DNA from: Acidobacteriota bacterium | Lineage (GTDB): Bacteria > Acidobacteriota > UBA890 > WLXD01 | Direction: 5' to 3' | NCBI GenBank assembly: GCA_963666215.2 | Contig: CAXWPL010000005.1 | Coordinates: 1-64,000 of the forward strand | DNA: 64,000 nt | Shown: positions 57,277-64,000 of the stretch, piece after piece | How the letters are laid out: the number at the start of each line of letters is the position of its first letter | Numbering within the stretch: the stretch's first letter is position 1 | Program-made: the position numbers and the translations under genes | The notes under the pieces: generated by a model | The model's input: the letters and a program-made list of their open reading frames with translations, nothing else | Database searches by the model: none | What the model was told of the DNA's origin: nothing

Positions 57277-58723
57277 GGGGATGTCACAGGCTCCGTTGAA
57301 AAAGGGTGACGGTGATCCGACCTCGATAGTGTGTCGGGGTCAATCCACTGGCATGGAGGATCACCGTCATGAGCAAGAGTCGCAGAACAGAGACAAGTAG
57401 GAAAGCGGAGCGCCAAGAGAACCCGCTCCTGGAGGCAGTGGTAGCGGCGCGATCGGATCTACGAGCGCTGGTCATGGACGCGGGCTTCGGGGTGTTGGGT
57501 TCGCTGCTGGAAGAAGACCGGGCGGAGCTCTGCGGAGAGCGCTACGCGCGGTCACAGCAGCGGCGGGCGTACCGACACGGCTACGACGAGGGCTCGCTGG
57601 TGATGGGCGGCCGGCGGGTCAAGGTACGCAAGCCGCGGGCTCGACACGGCTACGAGAGGGCTCGCGTCAAGGTCAAGCCGCGGGCTCGGATGGCCAAGAG
57701 CTGCCGCTGCCGCACTGGGAGAGGTTCAAGGCAACAGATCCGCTCGAAGAGCGCGCCGTAGAGCAGATCCTGTGCGGCGTCACGACGCGCAAGTACGAGC
57801 GCTCGTTAGAGCGGCTCGACGACGGGCGAGCTTCGTCGGGAACGAGTCGCTCGAGTGTGTCGCGGCGGTTCGTAGCGCGTACAGCCAAGCAGGTGCAGCA
57901 GTACCTGGCCCAACCGCTCAATGAAGTGGACCTGCCGGTGCTGGTGATCGACGGCACGCACATGGGCAAGCACTTGTTGGTGATCGCCATGGGCATCGAC
58001 GCGGACGGCGTCAAGCATGTGCTGGGTGTCGTAGAGGGCACCACGGAGAGCTCCCACGTGTGCCGGTCGCTGCTGCGGCAGTTGATCGAGCGCGGCATGC
58101 CCGTCGAACGGGCGCGGTTGGTGGTAATCGATGGCTCCAAGGGCCTCCGTAAAGCAGTGCGCGACACGTTCGGCGAGTGGGCCCTGATCCAGCGCTGCCG
58201 TGTCCACAAGATCAAGAATGTATTGGAGCATCTGCCAGGGCATATCCGGCCCTGGTTCGCAGCCAAGATCCGCAAGGCGTGGAAGGCGGAGACGGCCACG
58301 GCAGCGACCAAGCAGCTCGACGCCGTGGTCAAGGAGCTGGAGACCGATCACCCCGGTGCAGCGGCCTCGCTCAGAGAAGGAATGCAAGAGACGCTCACCG
58401 TCACTCGGCTCCGAGTTCAGGGGCCGCTGCTTCGGACGTTACGTTCAACGAATACGATCGAGAACCTGAACGGGACGATCAAACACGTCAGCCGCAACGT
58501 AAAGCGGTGGCGCTCCGGGAGCATGATCGTTCGATGGGCGGTTACTGCACTCATCGAGGCCGAGAGCAAGTTCCGGAGGGTTCGTGGCTACCGCGACATC
58601 GCCAAGCTCGATGCCGTACTCAACACCGCCGTCGACGTTCCCCTTGAGCAGGAGCGCCGTACTGCGTAACAATCCCCAACCACTTCACCGTCGCCTTAGT
58701 TCAACGGACGGTGGGACATCCCC
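57277..58723 (+). mobile_element. IS256-family insertion sequence (1447 bp)
   Basis: 24-bp IR GGGGATGTC...TCCGTTGAA (20/24 matches); perfect 8-bp DR TTGCAAAG at 57269-57276 and 58724-58731. Confidence 0.93.
57369..58669 (+). pseudogene. IS256-family transposase, frameshifted
   Basis: YRHG, GVTTRKY, LVIDG, VIDGSKGL, QRCRVHK, STNTIE; frame broken by a duplication near 57642-57688. Confidence 0.88.
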
Positions 58724-59354
58724 TTGCAAAGCGTCGAATAATCTTTAAACATATCAAAAATCAGCATAGACTAGGAACCGATATCAAGACTCATAGTATT
58801 GACCGGTTCTTGGAAACCGTGACGAGAGGCTTCGAGCCCGGGGTCGTGCTCTCCCGCTACCGCGATAACGCGAGCAGCCGCACGCCCGACGAGCAGAGAC
58901 GCCGGCCGAACCATGATCTCGACACCGAATCGTGTACTCAGGTCTTCTCGAATCGAGGTTTCCACGCACACTGCGACACTCCCGGTCCTGCGGCCGGTGC
59001 TGCCGCTCGCGCCTCTCAGCCGACCTGCCCGCTCCAGTGTGAAGCGCGCGATCGACATCGTGGGTGCCTCCTCGCTGCTGTTGCTGACGCTCCCCATGCT
59101 CGTTATTGCCTTCGTGCTCGTGAAGCTGAGCAAGCCCGACGCTTCTGGGTTCTACCTTCAGAAACGCATCGGCGGTGGCGCGAGGCCGTTCATGATGTGG
59201 AAGCTGCGGACGATGGTCGCGGATGCTGAACACTCCGCGGTCGAGCTGCACCGCGTTTCCGGACGTGTCTTCCTGAACCCTCTCTGCCAACGTGGGGTGA
59301 GACGATGGAGGTTGGATAATTACTGAGGAAGAGGGCGAGGTCGGAGACACAAGA

Positions 59355-59846
59355 ATGTCGGAGTTGAGCAACAACGGTGCAGGAGACCACGAGGCCACCG
59401 GACGTCCGGTGCAGGGAGCCGGAGGCGACCGAAAGCGGACGTCGCGCGAGCCCGCGGTCCCGGCCCCCGACCCCCAGTTGGTCGAGCGATCACGGCGCCG
59501 CAAGTTCACCGCCGAGTACAAGGTCCGGGTGGTGCGCGAGGCGGACGGGTGCTCGAAGCCCGGCGAGGTCGGCGCGCTGCTGCGGCGCGAGGGGCTGTAC
59601 TCGTCGCATCTGTCGGTGTGGCGCAAGCAGCGTGACGCCGGGGCATTGGTGGCGCTGGCTAAGCTACGCGGCCGGCCGGCGCCCGATCCCCGAGACGCGC
59701 AGCTTGCCAACCTGCGTCGCCGAGCCGAGCGGGCCGAGGCGGAGCTCGAGAAGGCACGGCGAGTAATCGAGGTGCAGGGAAACGTCTCCGCGCTTCTGGG
59801 AGAGCTGCTCGAGCCCAGGGGCGCCAACGCGACTACCAAGCGATGA
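59355..59846 (+). CDS. IS3-family OrfA
   Basis: RRRKFTAEYK...GALLRREGLYSSHL..WR HTH plus coiled coil. Confidence 0.9.
   Translation: MSELSNNGAGDHEATGRPVQGAGGDRKRTSREPAVPAPDPQLVERSRRRKFTAEYKVRVVREADGCSKPGEVGALLRREGLYSSHLSVWRKQRDAGALVALAKLRGRPAPDPRDAQLANLRRRAERAEAELEKARRVIEVQGNVSALLGELLEPRGANATTKR
59777..59823 (+). promoter_or_regulatory. putative -1 ribosomal frameshift signal
   Basis: G-GGA-AAC heptamer followed by stem CGCTTCTGGG/CCCAGGGGCG; the -1 frame is open into orfB. Confidence 0.75.
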
Positions 59847-60847
59847 TCGAGCAGACCGTCGAACAACTCACTCCCATCATCGGGACTCGCCCGGCGTGCC
59901 GGACGCTGGGCGCCTCGCACGCGACGATCTACCGCCGCCGTCGGCCGCCTGCGCGCCGACCGAGCCGTCCGCGGCCCAAGCCGGCGAGGGCGCTGTCGGA
60001 GCCTGAACGTCACGAGGTGCTCGCCGAGTTGCATAGTGAGCGCTTCGTCGACTGCGCTCCTGCCCAGGTATGGGCGACGCTGCTGGACGAAGGCCGCTAC
60101 CTGGCATCGGAGCGCACGATGTACCGGATCCTCGCCGCCCAGGGCGAGGGCGGCGAGCGGCGCAACCAGCTCGTGCACCCGCCCTACAACAAGCCCGAGC
60201 TGCTCGCCGAGCGAGTCAATGAGGTGTGGTCGTGGGACATATCCAAACTGCGAGGCCCTGCCAAGTGGACCTACTTCTACCTGTACGTCATCCTCGACGT
60301 GTTCAGCCGCTACGTGGTGGGCTGGACTCTCCAGCACCGCGAGAGCGGTCCCTTGGCCGAGCAGCTCATCGACCAGGCGCTGCTCCAGCAACGCATCGGA
60401 CCTGATCAGCTCACCATCCACGCCGACCGCGGCAGCTCGATGACCTCCAAGCCGGTCGCCTTCCTGCTCGCCGATCTCGGGGTCACCAAGACACACTCGC
60501 GGCCCTACACCTCGTCGGACAATCCCTACTCGGAGGCCCACTTCAGGACGCTCAAGTACCGACCCGAGTTCCCTGCTCGCTTCGAGTCGATCGAACACGC
60601 CCGTCTCTTTTGCCGCATGTTCTTCCACTGGTACAACCACCAGCATCGCCACTCGGGCATCGGCCTGATGACTCCGGCGACGGTGCAGTATGGGCTCGCC
60701 CAGCAGACCCGCGACCGGCGTGCCGAAGTCCTGCTGGCCGCCTACCGGGCGCGACCTGAGCGCTTCGTCAACCACCCGCCCCGACCGCCGGCGATCCCCA
60801 CCGCCGTCTGGATCAACAAGCCTGCCACCCTCGAGAATGCTCACTAA
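59843..60847 (+). CDS. IS3-family transposase OrfB
   Basis: WSWDI, ILDVFSRY, HADRG, NPYSE DDE motifs. Confidence 0.93.
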   Translation: MIEQTVEQLTPIIGTRPACRTLGASHATIYRRRRPPARRPSRPRPKPARALSEPERHEVLAELHSERFVDCAPAQVWATLLDEGRYLASERTMYRILAAQGEGGERRNQLVHPPYNKPELLAERVNEVWSWDISKLRGPAKWTYFYLYVILDVFSRYVVGWTLQHRESGPLAEQLIDQALLQQRIGPDQLTIHADRGSSMTSKPVAFLLADLGVTKTHSRPYTSSDNPYSEAHFRTLKYRPEFPARFESIEHARLFCRMFFHWYNHQHRHSGIGLMTPATVQYGLAQQTRDRRAEVLLAAYRARPERFVNHPPRPPAIPTAVWINKPATLENAH

Positions 60848-61249
60848 TTACTCGTGACCACCGTCTCATCCGCGTTGACAGGCACCGGAAGATCGAGAAC
60901 GATCCGCGCGTCACACCGATCGGCAAGCTTCTTCGCCGTTACAGCGTGGACGAGCTTCCCCAGCTTTGGAATGTGCTCTGTGGCGAGATGAGCCTGGTCG
61001 GACCGCGACCGCTCTTACCAACGGATCTCAACGGATTGCCACCGGATGTCGCGCGGGTGCGCTTCGCCGCGCCTCCAGGTCTAACTGGCCTTTGGCAGGT
61101 CAGCGGACGAAGCGCGACGACGGACGTGCGCCGGATGCAGCTGGACGTTGCTTATGTCCGTCATTGGAGCCTTTGGCTCGACCTTCGGATTCTCGCTCGG
61201 ACCGGCCGAGCAGTTCTGCGCGGAGACGGCGCAAGCTAGGGATCGACGC

Positions 61250-61891
61250 ATGACTACCGCAATCCCCTCGACATCCGAGCAACTGCACGGGCGCTGGTGG
61301 CTCGTCGTCGTTGTCGTACTCGTATCGATTGGAATCGCCGCTCTTCTCACCACCCAACAGGTTCCCGTTTACGGCGCTCAAGCAACCTGGGCCGTGGTGC
61401 CGAACTCCGAAGTCCAGGATACAGGAGACATTCTCCGGAGCATCGAGACACTGGAGCGCCGAACACTTCTGGCAACGTTCGCTCGACTGCCCGGAACTCG
61501 AACGGCACGCGCCGAGCTTGAGGAACGATTGGGGCTGGATCCTGGGGGCCTCACCGGCTATCAGCTCAGAGGGACGGTCGTCCCGTATACGAACTTGATC
61601 CGGTTCGAGGTCGAGGGCCCAGACCACCAGATGGTGGCGGAAGCCGCCAACGAACTCGCCCGAAGGATCCGTACATCCGCACGGCCCCTCTATCGTCTCT
61701 ACTCGCTGCGCGAGGTCGAACAGGCGCGGGCCTCGCGGCGACCGCTTAGCCCGGATTGGCGGCGCAATCTCGTGGTCGGTGCGTTGATCGGCATGTTCCT
61801 CGGTACGGGCCTGCTGGTCGGCTCATCGTTCGCCGCGAGCAAGTCAGGTGGCGCAAACGACGGGCCGCGGCTATCCGATCACGAAGCCTGA
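61250..61891 (+). CDS. Wzz/YveK-like polysaccharide chain-length protein
   Basis: N-terminal TM + PVY.A, TNLI, AANELA, P.SP...NL..G..G..LG C-terminal TM. Confidence 0.75.
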   Translation: MTTAIPSTSEQLHGRWWLVVVVVLVSIGIAALLTTQQVPVYGAQATWAVVPNSEVQDTGDILRSIETLERRTLLATFARLPGTRTARAELEERLGLDPGGLTGYQLRGTVVPYTNLIRFEVEGPDHQMVAEAANELARRIRTSARPLYRLYSLREVEQARASRRPLSPDWRRNLVVGALIGMFLGTGLLVGSSFAASKSGGANDGPRLSDHEA

Positions 61892-63386
61892 GGCCACGGA
61901 CGTGCTCCCTAGTGGCTCCTCGATGGCCTCGGCGGACAGTCAGCGCTGGGTGCTCACGTCCGCTTCGGTGGCCATCGCACTGGTGGTCGCGAACGCGATC
62001 CAGGTAACACGACCGGAGCTCGTCGAGCTCACCATCTCCGGGTGGGGCAGCGCGGTCGTGGTCTTCACGGCTGGGGCGGCGATTGTTTTGGTTGCGTTGC
62101 GGCTACCCTCCGCAGCGCTCATTGCCCTGTCGCTGGTTGTAACGACCGGCTTCTCACAGGTGCTGGTGCGCCGTTACGGTTTTCCTTCCTTCTTCCAGCT
62201 CCTCGCACCGCCGCTCGCCCTGGTCGCCCTAGCAGAGCTGCCGCGAGGCGGGAGTCGGGCAGTGACGCGGCCCGCGTCACTGTTCGGACTGGGTTTCCTG
62301 ACTTGGCAGCTGCTCTCGAGCACGTGGGCCGCCTCCGCAGCCTACGCTGACAGCGTGGTCGCCGAGACGGGCCGCGGGTTCCTGATCTTCGTGTTCGTCG
62401 TGCTCATCGTACGAAGTGAAGCGCGCTTCCAACTAGTTGCAGGAGCCACCGTAGCAGCGTCTGCTGCGCTTGCCCTCGTGGGCGTCCTGCAGGCGACGAC
62501 AGGCGCCGATTTTGGCGAGTTCTTCGGTTTCGGCCGAATCAAGCTGGCGCAAATCTACGGCGATGTCTTCGAGGCTCGCATCGCCGGACCCTATGGGGAT
62601 CCGAACTTCTTCGCGCAGAGCCTACTGCTTGTGCTACCGCTGGCTATCGGCTTGCTGTGGTCGGCTCGAAGTCGCCGAGCGCGGATCGCCGCGGGCGCGG
62701 CGGCAGCAGTGATCCTGGCCGCGATCATCCTGACCTACTCCCGCGGCGCCGCACTCGCGCTCGGAGTGCTTTCGTTCGTTGTCGTCGCCGCGTTCGGGGT
62801 GCGCAATCGAAGGCGTGCTCTCGCCATCCTCGTGCTTGCGTCCTTACTCTTCGCCGTCTTGCCGAGCGGGTTCGTCACTCGTCTCGCCACGGTGACCGAG
62901 TTCCTGCCCGGTGTGGTCGTCGAGGATCCTGACAGCTCGTTCGAAAAGCGCCGAGTGGTCACCACGGTCGCGTGGCTCATCTTCCTCGACCATCCATTCC
63001 TCGGCGTGGGAGTTGGGAACTACGCGCATCACTTCCAGGACTACGCGCTCCGCATTGGCTCAGACGCGCGCGACTACCTCGCGGCGACCGAGGGGGAGCG
63101 GCAGTACCCGCACAACTTGTACCTGGAGCTTCTTGCGGAGGGCGGACTGGTCGGCCTGTCACTGTTCCTGGGTCTAGTCGGGACGATACTGGGCAGACTG
63201 GCGAGCACCGCAAGCTCCGCAGGAACCTCGAGTCGACAAGTGCTCGTCCGGGCGGTCGGGCTGGGGCTTGTCGGCTACCTGATCTCCGCGCTTTTCCTGC
63301 ACGGGGCCTTCCAGAGACTCCTTTGGATGTTTCTAGCGCTCGCCGTGGCTACGGATCGTCTTGAGGGGCCGGAAGCGGAAGCGTGA
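61848..63386 (+). CDS. O-antigen ligase/Wzy-family polymerase
   Basis: RI.GPYGDPNFFA, TYSRGA, HPFLGVG.GN, HNLYLELLAEGG; many TMs; start uncertain. Confidence 0.88.
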   Translation: MAQTTGRGYPITKPEATDVLPSGSSMASADSQRWVLTSASVAIALVVANAIQVTRPELVELTISGWGSAVVVFTAGAAIVLVALRLPSAALIALSLVVTTGFSQVLVRRYGFPSFFQLLAPPLALVALAELPRGGSRAVTRPASLFGLGFLTWQLLSSTWAASAAYADSVVAETGRGFLIFVFVVLIVRSEARFQLVAGATVAASAALALVGVLQATTGADFGEFFGFGRIKLAQIYGDVFEARIAGPYGDPNFFAQSLLLVLPLAIGLLWSARSRRARIAAGAAAAVILAAIILTYSRGAALALGVLSFVVVAAFGVRNRRRALAILVLASLLFAVLPSGFVTRLATVTEFLPGVVVEDPDSSFEKRRVVTTVAWLIFLDHPFLGVGVGNYAHHFQDYALRIGSDARDYLAATEGERQYPHNLYLELLAEGGLVGLSLFLGLVGTILGRLASTASSAGTSSRQVLVRAVGLGLVGYLISALFLHGAFQRLLWMFLALAVATDRLEGPEAEA

Positions 63387-64000
63387 TGATCGAGTTGGCT
63401 CAACCTTCCGAGCTCGAAGCTCGGCATTCGTCCGCATCTAACCGGCCGACGCTCATGCCCATCGCGGTGATCGTCTCCCGATTCCCGAAGTTGACGGAGA
63501 CCTTCATCGTCCGCGAGCTCGATGAGCTCGACAGAGCGGGAATTCCCGTACTTCTCGTGCCCCTGATTCGACATGCGGAGCAACGGCTGCATCCTCGATC
63601 CAGCGCGTGGATGAGACGTGCGTTGTGGACGCCGTGGCTGGATGCGGCGACGTTGCGGTCGTGTGCCTACTGGTTGCGCTCTGAGCCGGGTCGGGTGGTG
63701 CGAATCCTTGCCCGAGTTCTGGCTGCCGAAGCGAGCTCGCCCGTGCGTCTCGTCAAGACGCTAGGACTGGTTCCGAAGGGCTTGCACCTTGCTCGCCTTC
63801 TCGAGGGCAAGGGCGTTATCCACGTTCACGCTCACTTTGCCACCTATCCAACGGCGATGGCTCGGTTGGTCGCAGCGCTCAGCGGAGCTACGTACAGCGT
63901 CACCGCCCACGCACACGACATCTTCGTGGACGCTCGAGGACTTCGCGCGAGGCTCCGGGACGCCTCCTTCGTTCGCTGCATCTCGCGCTACAACGCCGAC
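63386..64000 (+). CDS. GT4 glycosyltransferase (WcaL-like), 3' partial
   Basis: Read directly from sequence: SRFPKLTETFIVREL, HVHAHFAT, YSVTAHAHDIF, CISRYN; open to window end. Confidence 0.88.
   Translation, partial: MIELAQPSELEARHSSASNRPTLMPIAVIVSRFPKLTETFIVRELDELDRAGIPVLLVPLIRHAEQRLHPRSSAWMRRALWTPWLDAATLRSCAYWLRSEPGRVVRILARVLAAEASSPVRLVKTLGLVPKGLHLARLLEGKGVIHVHAHFATYPTAMARLVAALSGATYSVTAHAHDIFVDARGLRARLRDASFVRCISRYNAD

Larger units (their letters stand above)
59278..60887 (+). mobile_element. IS3-family element, complete (copy 2, 1610 bp)
   Basis: 3-bp DR GAA at 59275-59277 and 60888-60890; imperfect IRs; orfA and orfB overlap. Confidence 0.93.
58913..61239 (+). pseudogene. priming sugar transferase (Bac_transf/WcaJ-like) split by an IS3-type element
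   Basis: KRAIDIVG...K.RTM...VFL | KIENDPRVT.IGK.LR.YS.DELPQL.NVL.GEMSLVGPRP...PGLTGLWQVSGRS; removing 59278-60890 restores a 237-aa frame. Confidence 0.92.

Noticed and set aside
1-60887. 60-kb composite element or circular contig defined by the two IS3 copies
   Set aside because: Copy 2 has its own GAA duplication inside a restorable gene, and the copies differ at about 14 of 527 positions.
1-64000. CRISPR array, rRNA, prophage or defence system
   Set aside because: No regularly spaced repeats, rRNA-like tracts, phage structural genes or recognisable defence domains were seen by eye.

Overview
High-GC bacterial chromosome segment, most likely Acidobacteriota. This is inferred from an Acidobacteria-type VWA protein, PEGA/NHL proteins, a kinase-TolB-like-TPR protein and the futalosine pathway. 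Core content: (i) a carbamoyltransferase-SxtJ-SxtK(DUF5989)-VanZ module; (ii) a futalosine menaquinone cluster (MDR oxidoreductase, ubiA/mqnP, ubiX, ubiD, mqnE, mqnA, mqnC; menG lies 16 kb away; no mqnB or mqnD seen); (iii) envelope genes (VWA, TolC, OmpA-domain, BNR propeller, lspA-lgt-rluD, DsbD-N) and an EF-G paralogue; (iv) a coupled PP2C-TPR/NHL-PEGA/PDZ operon; (v) an Rrf2-sufCBD-Rieske-sufSUT operon with a palindromic operator; (vi) two damaged Ser/Thr kinases, a propeller-amidohydrolase and a Tat-signal alanine-racemase-fold enzyme with a remodelled active site; (vii) tRNA-Val(CAC) followed by an island-like region with IS debris, an IS256 and an exopolysaccharide locus whose priming glycosyltransferase is split by an IS3-type element. 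Mobile DNA is dense: two IS481 copies, two IS3-type copies with unusual 7-bp-extended ends, an IS5-type fragment and an IS256. Several genes carry microhomology-bounded internal deletions or single-base lesions, which may be real erosion or assembly error. No CRISPR array or rRNA was seen. All calls come from reading motifs by eye; no database searches were run.
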